From Eledone cirrhosa (Eukaryota): DNA of 64,000 bases. Where the stretch lies: the NCBI GenBank assembly GCA_964016885.1, contig OZ024740.1:64790001-64854000 (forward strand), in the 5' to 3' direction. The translations under genes and the position numbers were made by a program. Below the pieces are notes generated by a model. It made no database searches and had not been told where the DNA came from. It saw only the letters and a program-made list of their open reading frames with translations. This document shows positions 1 to 12,700 of the stretch, in pieces (position 1 is the first letter of the stretch; each line of letters opens with the position of its first letter).

Positions 1-141
1 TACGTCTCCGAACATACGTGTATTTACAGGTAGGTATTTGTGTGCGCTTGTTTCTACGAACAAAAGTATCGTCTTCCTGTCTTCCTCCGGTTGCGACGTT
101 TTTTGAAATATCCACTTCTGCGTTTACAGATTGACTTTGTT

Positions 142-192
142 AGTTTCAGAAGATCCCGTTAAGGGTGAAAGCAGCGATTCTTTGCTTAAACT
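142..192 (+). ncRNA. Type I hammerhead ribozyme, CAGAAGA variant
   Basis: AGTTT-CAGAAGA-t-CCC gttaa GGG-t-GAAA-GCA..TGC-TT-AAACT: stems I, II and III all pair. Confidence 0.7.
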
Positions 193-779
193 TTAATTTA
201 TTTATATACGTTTATATAATTATTTATTTATTTGTATACACGCATACACACACACACATATTTATATGTGCGTAGTTTTGTATACCTATGGTAAGTGTTT
301 TTCGTATGCTTGTGTATGTACGTATTTGTTTGCGTGTATGTATTTATTTATTTCTATTACTTCTGTATTGTATTTATTTACTTTTTTCTTAACTCTGAAG
401 CGGAGATTCATTCGGTCTCCTAGTTAGAATTTTAGTCTACGACTTCTGCTATACCTTTTACGTGGTTTTGTCTTTGCGTGGTATTGTTCTCCACACTCCA
501 CATATGACGTATTATCTTCGTTTTTTTGTTCATTGCCAGAGAACGTCTCTATGAACCACCTAAGAGAACATTAGTCTACGACCTCTTTTATGCCATAAAG
601 GTGGTTCTGACTTTGCGCGTAATTGTTTTTCACCGCTCCTATTAATAACGTATTATATTCGTTTTTTCCCGTTCTTTGCCAGCGAACGTTTCTACGAACA
701 AAAGTATCGTCTTCCTGTCTTCCTCCGGTTGCGACGTTTTTTGAAATATCCACTTCTGCGTTTACAGATTGACTTTGTT

Positions 780-830
780 AGTTTCAGAAGATCCCGTTAA
801 GGGTGAAAGCAGCGATTCTTTGCTTAAACT
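780..830 (+). ncRNA. Type I hammerhead ribozyme, CAGAAGA variant
   Basis: Same sequence as 142-192. Confidence 0.7.
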
Positions 831-846
831 TTAATCTGTTATTTTA

Positions 847-892
<46 letters not shown>

Positions 893-896
<4 letters not shown>

Positions 897-1545
897 GGAA
901 ACAATGAAACGAAATTTCATTCCTCACTCTTAGTACGGCTGTTACTTAAATATAAGTATGTATACGTACATTCATATATGTATACAGACGTACAGTAGTA
1001 TGTGTATATATATATACATACATACACACATATATATATGTACGTATGGATTCACTGAACATTTATTATAATGCTCGGTGTGTTTGTAAATAAACATCGC
1101 GAATTAAGCCGTACAGTGTCTAGAAACCATCGTTGCTCATTTGTTCAACACTGACAAAGGAACGCTGTACTAGTTTCAAGCTTATTAGCTACCGTGAGCA
1201 ACGTATACCTTTCTGCCAGATGATTGAACGTCTGAAAGTATATACTTTCCTTATGCATATTAACGGCTGAGCAGCCTAATTTGCATATCGAGTGAGTTAA
1301 TCGGCCGGGGTACCGAAAACGATAAACGTAAAAAATGAAACGAAATTTCATTTCTCACTCTTAGTACGGCTGTTACTTAAATATAAGTATGTATACGTAC
1401 ATACATATATGTATACAGACGTACAGTAGTATGTATATATATATATATACATACATGCACACATATATATATGTACGTATGGATTCACCGAACATTTATT
1501 ATAATGCTCGGTGTGTTTGTAAACAAACATCCCGAACTAAGTCAC
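893..1545 (-). mobile_element. Non-coding tandem element, family B (~431 nt period), with a degenerate HHR at 1163-1204
   Basis: ATGAAACGAAATTTCA recurs at 904 and 1335. The minus strand reads GTTG-CTCACGG-tAGC..GCTt-GAAA-CTAG-TA-CAGCG (mutated core); the intact version is at 17227. Confidence 0.65.
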
Positions 1546-1619
1546 ACAGGTATTACTAAATATTTAATAGACATACTATAAAATTAAAGTATTCAATCAC
1601 CAGTAATTTAGCGCAGAAT

Positions 1620-2147
1620 ATGAACAGAATTAATAATAGAAACTTAAAACCTAACCAGAATACCAGTAATAACACCACCAATATTCAACTGAATAATACG
1701 GCACATAGAAACTCAAATTTTGATAAATGTAACTGTAGAAATAAATCTAACTGTCCCTTAAATAACAATTGTTTAGTTAAAAATATAGTATATAATTGTA
1801 ATGTAAAAACTAATTTAAATTCATTTTATTATGTAGGCTCTACTCCCACAGATTTTAAGTCTCGTTTTAATAACCATAAATGCTCTTTTACGAATATAAA
1901 TAAAACATCTTCAACTTCTCTATCTAATTCACTATGGGACCTAAAATCAAAGAACACTAACTATTCTTTACTTTGGAATATTATCTCCAAATCTCATCCA
2001 TTCAATGCTTCTTCAGAAAATTGCGCTCTTTGTATAGAGGAAATATTTATATTAAAAAGTAAAAATTCTGTTAATTTAAGAAGTAATCTTTTCAGTTCTT
2101 GCAAACATAGATTGAACTCAACGTTTAAATATATATATAAATTGTAA
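1620..2147 (+). pseudogene. PLE GIY-YIG endonuclease fragment
   Basis: CxCx5C linker, IVY/YVG motifs, KxRxxxH, CxLC; no RT upstream. Confidence 0.85.
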
Positions 2148-3625
2148 TACGTAACTCATCTTTATTAAACCTATCGATAATTCATTAGATTCCTTCATAT
2201 GACTGCTTATAACTATCTTAAAAGGATTTTTTCTTGAAAAACCTTTCTTGATAAACGTACTGAAAGATTTGAAGAAGGAGTTTTTCTGAAAATTCCTGTG
2301 ATGGGTACAAAGGATTCATAATTCATAATTTAAATTATAATTCATATTTCATATTTTATATTATATATTTTGTATTTATATATTTTTCAAATGCTTAATG
2401 TATATATATATATATATATATTAAGTAAGTAAGTTAATTTTTAAAATCTTTTAAAAATTTTCTCATTTTACGTCTTTCATATTATTTTTCTGCATCCTCC
2501 TGCATTGAACCACCTAGATACTATGACATAACTTATGTATTTGCTAGCATTAGTGTACATCTGTACGCATATGTTGGTAGATATACTAAATTCTCTCACT
2601 CTCTCTCTCTCTATATATATATATGTGTGTGTGTGTGTATGTGTATGTATATGTATGTCAAAATGTTTATATATATATAAAATTTATACTTTAAATATAT
2701 TCTACAGATATACTCTTATGAAAGAGCTTTTTTATGGTTTATGCTTTGGATATATTCCAAAGAATGAATTTTTAAATGTTAACACGTTATAGCAAACAAA
2801 TTTATGTTTTTAACAGTCATAACTGTATGACAGGTTGGAGTTATGAATTTATAACTTGCTATAAAATAACATAGAATTCATACTCTAATTACATTATTAA
2901 GATGGATAATTAAATTGTTTAACTTCTTAACTTTATAGCATTTAATCCTTAGAGCTATCTAAATTATTAATAAATCGCTAGCAATTTCCTTTACGCTCTA
3001 CTGCTATTACAAATAGTAAACTCTCGGAAATTCCATGAGCTTAGAAATATTCGGATATTTTAAACTTACACATTTTTCAAAATAATTAATTAATAATTAA
3101 TAAAATTATATATGGTTTTGTAATAATAACATATTTTTTAATAATACATATTCTTTAATAATAATATATAGGTCTCAACTTTAATAATATAACATACACA
3201 TTTAAACATTTAAACTACGGATTGAATTGATAAATTATTAATTAAGCATTTAATCAAATTTATTAATTAAACATTAGATAAATTCTTCAACTTATCTTTA
3301 TTATTGTTTATTATTATTGTTTATCCATCTTACGGTATTCATCCACGCTATATTTATTTCTTCGCCTCTTCTCTAAAAATTACGCTATTCTCTCTCACTA
3401 AAATATAGTCAGGTTTTTTCTCTTTCTTTCTTTCGTTTTTTTTCTTTCTTTTTTCCCTATTCCAACGGCTTAATTTCAATATACTGTTTTTAAACCTTTC
3501 CAACACTAATTTGCATAATAAACCAACAATAAATCTAATAACTCCACTATCCAGGAGATTCCAACCAGAATGGTTGCATTTTTTAAGGGTATGTCATTAT
3601 TTATTCATAAAACTAACCTATATTA

Positions 3626-3691
3626 TATTTTATCTGATGAAAGCGCACCATAGTTTGCTCAGGTGGCTCTTGAAATATGTATAATGAAATA
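3626..3691 (+). ncRNA. Minimal type I hammerhead ribozyme
   Basis: TATTTTAT-CTGATGA-stem II-GAAA-TATGTA-TA-ATGAAATA. Confidence 0.8.
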
Positions 3692-3729
3692 AATATGGTT
3701 TTATAAATATAGTTTCCATTTGTTAATAT

Positions 3730-3766
<37 letters not shown>

Positions 3767-3811
3767 AAGTTAAATAAAAAGTCAAATGTTTAAAATTTAG
3801 CTTCGTTTACT

Positions 3812-3866
3812 ACCGCTATATATATTTCAGTGACAGCCATCTTTGGCTGTGACCTCTTCAGGCAGT
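3812..3866 (-). ncRNA. Minimal type I hammerhead ribozyme
   Basis: ACTGC-CTGAAGA-ggtcACAGCCA aaga TGGCTGTcact-GAAA-TATATA-TA-GCGGT, with palindromic stem III. Confidence 0.85.
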
Positions 3867-5065
3867 TTGAATTAGTGTGGTATAGACAAGTACATATGTT
3901 GTTGAGGTGTATAATTTTGTCAATACTCTGATATGCCCAGTTCCTGGTTGGGTCGTTATTTCACTGAGGAACTGGAATCATATGAATTCATACAAACGAA
4001 TTTCAGTGTCAAAGGGCCTCTTCTCTCATTGGTCAGTTATTAGAACATTCCTCATTCCAAGTGTTGTTATTGTGGGAGTTAGCTTAAAAAATTGATAAAG
4101 TGGTAGAAGGGACAAGGTGTTAAAGGAAAAAAATAACAAAAAAGTGTCAAACTTCCCATTGGTCAGTTCTGAGAGCATTCCTCAGTCAGAAGTCTATAGA
4201 ATTCTTTCTGGGGTGAGGCTCCCTGTAGTGTTTGTGTTTGCTATTGTTAAGTACATTTGACCCCTACCATTATTTTGGTAGTGTTGTTGGTGTTGCGGTC
4301 AGCTTATGACTTGCTGCTGCTGACAATTTAAAAGTATCCAGTGTGTGTTTTTTCTTCATCCCTCCTGCCACCATCTCTCATAGTGTTGGTGGTGTGGGGC
4401 GGGGGGTTCTTCCATGTATATGAAGAAATATAAGGCAATAAATGAAGAAAACAGAAAATAAATAATATAATAAAATAATTAATATAATTTGTATAATTTG
4501 AAAATAAATAAATAGAGAATAAAGAATAAACAATAAATGAAAGATTGGTGAAAAAGTAATGAAAATGAATATGGAGAAGTGAAAAATAATGTAGGATGAA
4601 GTGTGTATGTGCTATAACCAATCTCAAGGTCAGAAATATGTTGGATAGATTGGTATGAGGAACAAGATGTTAAAATAAGATAATCAAACAAAATGTGTTT
4701 GTGTTATAAGCAATATCAACTGAAAAATAAATATAAGGTGATACAGTGAAGAGGGCAGAAAACAAATAACAAATTAATAAAGAGAAATCAAGATTTAAAA
4801 TTGGAACTTGAAAATCAGAAATCAAGTAAATTAAAAAGTGTTTGTGTTATATAGATATTGGCCAAATTATAATGGCTGTGTCCGATTCAATCACTAGGCT
4901 ATCATGGTGTCTGCTCAGCCTGGGTTGTTCCCTATGGTTTGAGGGGAGTTCACAACCTAGGGTGTTGTTACTGCCCATATACCTTGAGGGAGGTCTGGCC
5001 GAGAGGTGTTTACATGTTCTGTAGAAGTCCCTATAGCTTGAGGGAGTTCACATCTTCTTGTGTTG

Positions 5066-6150
5066 CTACTGTCCATATATCTTGAGGAAGGTCCCGGCTC
5101 TAAGGTGTCTGTATGTCCCGAAGAAGTCGGTTCTGAAGTTTATCAGGCCGCTTCCACCTCTTAGTATCTCGAGGGTCTCGTTCAGGCATAGTTTGTATAT
5201 GCAAGATCCCCCTTTATCGGGTGGTACTTTCCTGATTATGTACCAGGCCAGAGAGTACGGGGTCTTGTCCAGCTTAAGCTTCCAGATCAGCTCGGAGAGA
5301 GCCGTGCTTTTCCTTTTGGCCTCCTTATTGAATGAATGGCGATGGTTGTACCAGCGGTCTTTAAAGCTCGTTGATGTAGCTCTTATGTAGAGGTGTTCGG
5401 AGTTGGGGGTTTTAAACCTACAACCGTATACTAGGTTCTTCTTGAGGCATTCATTACCAAGGGGGCATGATTCGGGGTTTCTGCAGTTGCAGAGGGTGAT
5501 AGGCCTCTGCGTGCCTAGATTACGGTTCCCGTTATGTGTTACATGTTGGTCTTCCCCCAGGCTTGGTGGGGGGTCCCCGGGTCTGTTTGGGTTTCTTGGG
5601 TGGGCTCTGGGTCCCCCCTTCCCTCTTTTCACATGGTTCTTCTGATTGTTTGTATTGCCATCTTCTGGTTGTGTGTGGTTTTTAAGCCTACTCCTGTTGA
5701 TGCTAGCTATGTGTTGGGCCAGATTTCTCGTGGTGGAATACGAGAGCTTCACAGTGTGTCTGTTGAAGATCCTGTGGTATCTGTGGTCCCTCGGGAAGCA
5801 TTTGTCAAGTGCTCCAAAGATTGATCGGGCCAAGCTGTTCTTTAGGGCCGCTGAGTAAGGTGGGTTGTACCACGTGATTTTTCGGTGTCTCCTCCTATAT
5901 GTGTAGGTCGGGGGCGTCGTGATTTGTTGGAGATTTGTTGGGTTGCTGGTGGTTTCCGCACTGTTGCTTCCCCTTTGGGCTCTATGCTTTTTGTTATCTT
6001 CGCGGCCCGAATCTGTGGGGTGGTCGTTGCCCGTCCCGGGAGATCCATCGTGGGGTGGTCCCCCGTTTCCCCGCCCCCTACGTGTCCAGTAGTTGGGGTC
6101 GTCTGACCTGGGGTGGTTAGCGTCACGCCTGAGACTGCTACTCATATTGT
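5066..6150 (-). pseudogene. PLE linker + GIY-YIG endonuclease (RT missing)
   Basis: Motifs as listed for the element. The N-terminus of the called 434 aa ORF comes from antisense pLTR sequence. Confidence 0.8.
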
Positions 6151-7215
6151 GCTTCATCTCGTGGTCAATCGCACTAGTCACCACCGCCCGTGTGGTGGTG
6201 ACTAGTGCGCTTGAAATGGTGGCAGGATAGATGCCAGTCGACACACATTGATTCTTAAGACCATAGCAGCAGCATACTAAAGTTGACCTGCTAGCTGACC
6301 TCTTAACACCATTACCACTACAAATACAGTGAAGGAGGTCAACTGTACTTAAACATTCTGACAAAAACAACTATAACAGGCTGATCTGCCTCAGAAGAAT
6401 TGCTATAGACTTTTGACTGAGGAGTGGTCTCACAACTGACCAATGGGATACGAGCGTGTCCTATGACGCTGAAATTCGTTTGTTCTAGCCCATACTATTA
6501 CAGTTCCTCGGAGGACTAACAATACACCCAGGAGCTGGACATATCGATGTATTTACAGAGTGAAACACTTCAACAACATGTGTACCTTTCTTTTCCACAC
6601 CAATTCGGACTGCCTGAAGAGGTCACAACCAATAATTGCCGTATATTTCATGTCTGAAGAGGAAACAATTGTTATTTGGTTTATATAAATTCGATATATA
6701 CTGGATACATTTGTATAGCATTTCAACAAAGGAACATTGTTACTCTTGCAAATAACAACTACTGATGTAATAGCGTGTTATTTACATAAGACATGACTGG
6801 AACCATTAGTAACAGCTATTTTTAACTTTAAAGAAAAGCTACAATTTTCTGAAATACTGTTAAGGAATAATTTCAAATCCTCCATGAAATACATAGTAAC
6901 TGAGTATATGGTGCATTGTGGCCTCTCAACTCATATCTATATATTGTACCTCAATTAACATATACACATAGTTGTGCATGAAATAATTGATGAAAGGTAC
7001 ATAGTGCGGAAACGCTCTTTGAGTTAGGTGACGTGTAACATATCCACGAAGTTACCATATTACTCCCACAATCATAGATAACAGTTATAATGGAAAACTA
7101 AACAGGAAATGAGGTCTTACGTTGTTGTGAAATACATAAGGGCCTGAGACAGGAATTATATACATTTCAAACTTTAAATTCACAATATGCATAAAATGCC
7201 CACTAAATATATGTA

Positions 7216-7440
7216 CAGAGTGGTCCGAAATTCTTGTCACCCCCTAGCAAAAAGTAATGCGAGAAACAGTTTTAGTTCCCATCGCAGTATCGTCCTCTTC
7301 GGAGGAGCTGGTTTGCCGAATCTTGCAGTGAAGTCATGTCGCACATCCTCAATGCTCTTGCCAGAATGCACAAGACCATGTGTCCATACACTTGCAAGCA
7401 GCCTCTCTCCCAAAATATAGCAGCTTGTGTCATCCATCAG
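7216..7440 (-). mobile_element. Tc1/mariner fragment (DUF4817-like N-terminal HTH) next to a TIR-like end
   Basis: The peptide SIEDVRHDFTARFGKPAPPKRTILRWELKLF, and TA|CAGAGTGGTCCGAAA resembling a mariner terminus. Confidence 0.6.
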
Positions 7441-7647
7441 AAATAGAAAATTATATTATTATTATTATTATTATTATTGGTCTGTTCGGCCGTCTTTTTG
7501 CTCGCTCCCTGTAAGTCGCTTTATTTACCCATTATAATTATTTGTTGTTTAATTTTTATTGTGTAAGGGACATAAGCCCTTGGTCTTTGCCCTGTTTAAA
7601 TATTTGAACAATATTTGAATATTTTACTTTTAAAAATAAAACAAAAC

Positions 7648-9352
7648 ATGGCTGAGCCACCTCCCCAACAATGTCTGCTGTCGTGTGTTAACGGCGTAAA
7701 AGTTGAGAGGAGGGTTAGTGAAATTCATACAACAAACACCACCACTAACAACGTGGATAAAGACAACAACACTGAGAACACTAATTTAAAAAAAATTAAC
7801 ATACCAACTACAACAATAACAGCGTCAACCAAAATACAGACAACAAATGCAAAAGCGATATTAATAAATGACAACAATAAATGACAACAAATGCAAAAGC
7901 GATATTAATACCACTAACAAGAAAATAAACAACAACAACACCAACAGCGACAATACAAATTGCACCGAAAACAACAACAACGGTGGCACAAGAAACACAA
8001 CCAACTAAAGCAGTGATAACAGCAACAAGACCAACAACACCGTTTGTAGCAGTAGCAACTGCAACAGCAACAACAACAAGACCAGTAGCAGCAGTAGCGG
8101 CAGCAATAATGGTGCCGCTGAAAAAGGGGCCACTTCTTTCGCAGGTGTGGTCCAAAATATAGAGACCGTGCTAGTCACAGAGGAGGAGATGGCAGTCGCA
8201 AGAACCATGGTGACAAGGAATGAAAATAGAGTTTCCCTGAAACCTCCACCCGATTTCTTCAAAGACCAGCAGCTGCACACGGTGACTTACCACACCGTAA
8301 GCAAAATGTCACATCGGGTGGAGAGAGACACGGAGCCTCAAATCCAAAAGGCCTTTGGGTGCGTCTGGGCGCGCAAGACCCACATTACCCTAGCCAAAAA
8401 GTACACCACAGTAGACGTACTTTTCGCCACCCCACAAGAGCCGAAGTCCTACTCTTTGGAAACCCTAAAGAGTGAGGAGATAGTCTTGGTGCCCCCTACT
8501 GCGGGCAGAAAATTGTGAGGGCCAACGTGACTCAGTACCCGCCCGACGTGCCCATACCTTGGCTGGCCGCGTCTGTACTGGCTGGAATCGAGAAGACCAC
8601 CATACTGCAAATACAGAGAATGAGAAGAGAGAACTGGTCAGGTATAGGCATACAAATACTAATACAGACTGACCAGGAGTGCATCGAGGCCATCCCAGAT
8701 ATCATAGACCTAGAAGAACAACACCAACTCCCTATAAGCTTGGAAGGAAGGCGCCCAAAGTGCTATCTCTGTGGACAGAAGGGTCACTTCAGGGCCTTCT
8801 ACCCGTAGAAGACAGTCAAGAAGAGGCCCCCCCCTCCTTCCGACGCCTGATTCGCTACTACCAAGAGCAAGGCAGGCAACAGAGGCAGAAGACCCTTCCA
8901 TGGAGAGTAGGATGGCAACGTCCGTGGCACCCATACGAAGGTCACGGACAACTAAAACAGCGGCAGCAGTGGCGACAACAACAACAGTCGCAGTAGCTAC
9001 ACCGGCGGCAACATCGCCCGAGCGGGCTCCACTACCACCAACAGCAGTGGAGCTCCTACCACTCCCAGACGCCATGGAATTCGACATGGAATGTGAGGCA
9101 GGAGGGAAGCAGCAAACGGTCTGCACAAAAAAGACAAAAAAGGAAAAACCCCTTAGCTTTACCCTCCAAAAGCGAAGGCAAACAAAGAGGGGTAAAGGCT
9201 GCAAGGAGACTTGCAGCAACACCACCATCATCACCATCAACACCACAAGCATCACCACCAACAACAACCACACCAGCATGAGCATCACCAAAAATACCAA
9301 CACCGCAAACACAACAAAACACACACACCCAACAGCAACAACAAGAAAATAG
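7648..9352 (+). pseudogene. Tx1-like ORF1 (gag-like, CCHC knuckle), frameshifted
   Basis: EGRRPKCYLCGQKGHFRAFYP (last Cys lost) and Thr-rich low-complexity tracts. Confidence 0.7.
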
Positions 9353-9707
9353 CAACAAAATCTCCCCTCCTACCAAAAGGTACACAGCCATAAACATGGC
9401 AAATAAAGAACTCTTACAAAATATAAAGCAGCACACAGACATCACATAAAAAATACTACACCCCACCAACGCCAAGGACCCTCCCGAAAAACATAAACAT
9501 GATTTAAATCAAAATAGAACAGTAGAAACTTTTAAAAGAAAAATTACCTAATGCAGTTGGAGACTTCAGAGGGCCGGGTACCTAAAGGATATACACCGAC
9601 ATCCTCTTGGAAACACCCATGACCAGCCAAAGGGACGGTTCTACTGTTCCTTCACCACCTGATCAAGGTAAGTGATCCTTTCTCACTTACCCCGTTTCTC
9701 ATCCAAC

Positions 9708-12700
9708 ATGGCCGTACTTAGAATAGGCAGTATAATATGTACGTAGCCTGTGGTCATCTTGCAAGCAGGATCACCTGCTCAACGACCTCAGGCCATTAAA
9801 CATAGAGGTGTTGGCCTTCAGCTAGACCAGAATCTCCGAAGTACGAGCCTTCGCACCGATCATCGGCGGCTACGATGTATAGGCATCTGCCATCCGTCTA
9901 GGATCGGGAGGTGGGGGGATTGTTGTGCTTTTTCGGAGATACTTGGATCTCGCCATACAAGCCATCTTCCTGGAGCCAGAAGGTAAGTCGGTGGTGCTGG
10001 ACGTGACCGGCAGTGAAGGCAATGCTTTCAGGCTAGCAGCCGTCTACGCTCCAACAGGGGCAGGACGGCCAGATTTCTTTAGATGTCTAGAGACCTTTCT
10101 TGGAACGTCCTGCTCTTTAGAGTTAGTGGGCGACTGGAATTAGATGCACGGTGAGATTATGAGGGGCTAGTAGACAGGGCAGGGGGGTGTAAAAGCCTCA
10201 ACAACCTGCTCAGACATTTTGAACTGTCTGAGAGGTATAGACTGGATTATCCGAATGTTCCAATGTGGACATGGGCAAACCGCATCGGGTCATTCAGATC
10301 GTATTTAAATAGGGTATTCTGTAGGGAAACAGATATAGCTAGTGTAGGTTGTCCACAATTTAAAGTAGTCGACTACACGGACCACAAATTTGTGATACGT
10401 GAAGTTGACTTAGATAGACTCCATAGGCAAGGGCCCGGCTACTGGATGATGAACGCGATGTTCCCGGCGCGCAAAGCTTACAGAGACAGTATCAGCGAAT
10501 TAGTTAAGCGTGCGTTGACGGGGGCCATCGTCAACAACAGGTGGTGGTTTAGCTGAAAAGAGCTATTAGAATAGAATCGATAAGGTTTAGCAAAGGAGTA
10601 GTTATAGAGGAAAATAAACTAAAGGGACAGTTAGTTAGAAAGCTAGAAGAGGCGTTTAGGACAGGTATCGCAACCGACGTGCTTGCAGCGAGATTGGCAC
10701 TCGACCAATTCTTCAACGCAAAGTATGAAGGCTGCGTTGTCAGAACTAGAGCGCGTGCTCTAAGACACGAGGGGACGAAAGCCGTCCAATGTGCCCGGGT
10801 CGTGGAGGCGCGACGTGGCAACATGTCCACAATTCGGTCTTTGCCTGATCAAAACGAGCGCATGTTGCTTGAACCCGAGAAGATGTGTGTGGCTTTTCAA
10901 CAGCACTTTGCTCAATTGTTCGGGAGCGGCGGCGGGCCGGATCAGACTATGGACTTCGGTGCATACGTCGACCGACTGCCGCGGCTCTCGACGACCGAAG
11001 CACAGTGCTGCGAAAAACGGATAACAGCAGGTGAAATACGGGAAGCAATGTCTGACTGCACGAGGGGACAATCGCCAGGTTTGGATGGTCTGCCCTACGA
11101 GCTTTATGCGTATATGCCAGACTTGTTCGGCGACCTCTTGGCAGATGTCTACTGCAATAGGCAGCAGAACGGGAGCATTCCCAGTTTTGTGAGCCGAACA
11201 AGGCCCGAACAAGGAGGGCGTTATAGACAACTTCAGGCCCATAACTCTGCTAAACGTAGAATTTAATATTTTGGCCAAGGTGTTAGCAAAGAGATTGGCG
11301 CTTATCATCGGTCATCTGGTGGGAGAAGCGCAGACATGCACCATTCCGGACAGATCCATCCACGACAACCTCCATCTCATGCGTTACATCATAGAGAGGG
11401 TGATTAAGGAACCTTGCACGGGTGGGGTTCTGATCAACTTAGAGCAATCAAAAGCATTTGATAGGCTCGACCATCGGTACCTGGCTACGTTGTTCGAGGC
11501 GGCCGGCTTCGGGCTCGTTTTTATGAGCTGGATCGCTGCGATGCACAGCGACATCTGCTCGATTGTGAGGGTGAATGGTCACTGTTGCAGCCTTTCAGCA
11601 TCATGCGCTCGGTCCAGCAGGGTTTCGCCCTCTCGTCCCTCTTGTACGTAGTTGCCCCCGAGCCGTTACTGCACAAATTGGAGACGATGAGGGGGGTCCC
11701 ACACGAACTGGAATGCGGGAGATCCGTATCAGCTTACGCCGACAACTTCACCTTGGTGGTATCGAGCACCAAATATGTCCAGATGCTCGGCACCACTCTC
11801 AAGGAATACGAAGCGGTGACAGGAGCAAAGATAAACCAGGAAAAGTCTGTGGGCTTGCAGCTCGGCACCTGGAGAGGCAAGTCCATGCCGTCCGACAGCG
11901 ATGTAGGGCGCTGGACGGAAGTACCGGTTAAATTGCTCGGGGTCTGGTACGGTCCGGACCTCCAGATGGAGAAAAGCTGGAGTGATGTGACGAGCAGGGT
12001 GGCCTCTCTCACCCAGAAATGGGCCGAGAGGCTGTCTCTGAAAGGTCGGGCGGAGGAGGCGAATGCGTACATAGCGTCGGTCATCTGCTACCGCCTGACC
12101 GTCGTACCTTACGCCCGTCCAACTCTGACCAAAATAGAGCGCCTTCTCTTCCACTTTTTGTGGAATGGACGTGCTCCCATGGTCAGACGATCCATTTGCT
12201 GTCAACACCCGTTGCGTGGGGGACTAGGCATGTCGTGGCTGATGATACCCAAGCATGCGCTGAGGCTGCGACATCTCTGGTGCTTCCTTGACGGTGAACA
12301 GGTGTGGTTGTCTTTTACCAGACACGCTTTTCTCCAGCTCCTCTCCTTGACGGAGCTGCAGTCCTGGATCAGGAAAAGACCGTGGGATAGCGCTTGGAAG
12401 CTGGTATGTCTCCAACCGCTCACCGCCCTCTACCAGCTGGGCACTAGTATCGGTGGAACATCCACATCGGCGTTCTATAGAGGGCTACTGGAGACCCTGG
12501 GCATCGAAAAGGATAAGCTGTTCGCACTCTTTAAGAGAACTTTTAGACCGGCGCCTATGGACAATTTCCAGAAATCCCTGGCCTGGCAGTGCTACCGGGG
12601 AGCGTTGCCGGTTCAGGATAAGCTCTACAGGCACGGAGCAGCTGTCAGCCGAGGCTGTCCGAGATGCAGGCATGGCGACGAAACCGTCCTGCACGCACTC

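Larger units (their letters stand above)
50..850 (+). mobile_element. Non-coding HHR-bearing element, family A (retrozyme/pLTR-like), ~638 nt between ribozymes
   Basis: 50-197 is directly repeated at ~688-835 and both copies contain an HHR. The body has no credible ORF and ends in (TA)n at 851. Another copy lies at ~48500-49125. Confidence 0.7.
1560..3735 (+). mobile_element. 5'-truncated Hydra-clade-like Penelope element (endonuclease + long 3' UTR + HHR)
   Basis: ORF 1620-2147 has CNCRNKSNCPL, NIVY..YYVG, KSRFNNH, CALC and CKH. An HHR lies at 3626 and the element ends at (TA)n. Confidence 0.85.
3761..6635 (-). mobile_element. 5'-truncated Hydra-clade-like PLE with a diverged inverted pLTR at ~6255-6635
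   Basis: The C-terminal part of ORF 5066-6370 has ITWYNPPYS, HRYHRIFNRHTVKLSYSTT, CNCRNPESCPL, NLVY and FKDRWYNH. 6255-6635 resembles the reverse complement of 3840-4330. Confidence 0.85.

Noticed and set aside
393-430. CTGAAGC-GGAGA..TCTCC hairpin as an extra hammerhead
   Set aside because: There is no GAAA after the stem, and the core differs in the 48.6 kb copy.
6150-6370. N-terminal part of the 434 aa ORF as a novel domain
   Set aside because: Largely read-through from the antisense strand of an inverted pLTR.
8710-9475. Hydrophobic antisense ORFs resembling membrane proteins
   Set aside because: These are the antisense of ACA/ACC-rich Tx1 ORF1 low-complexity sequence.
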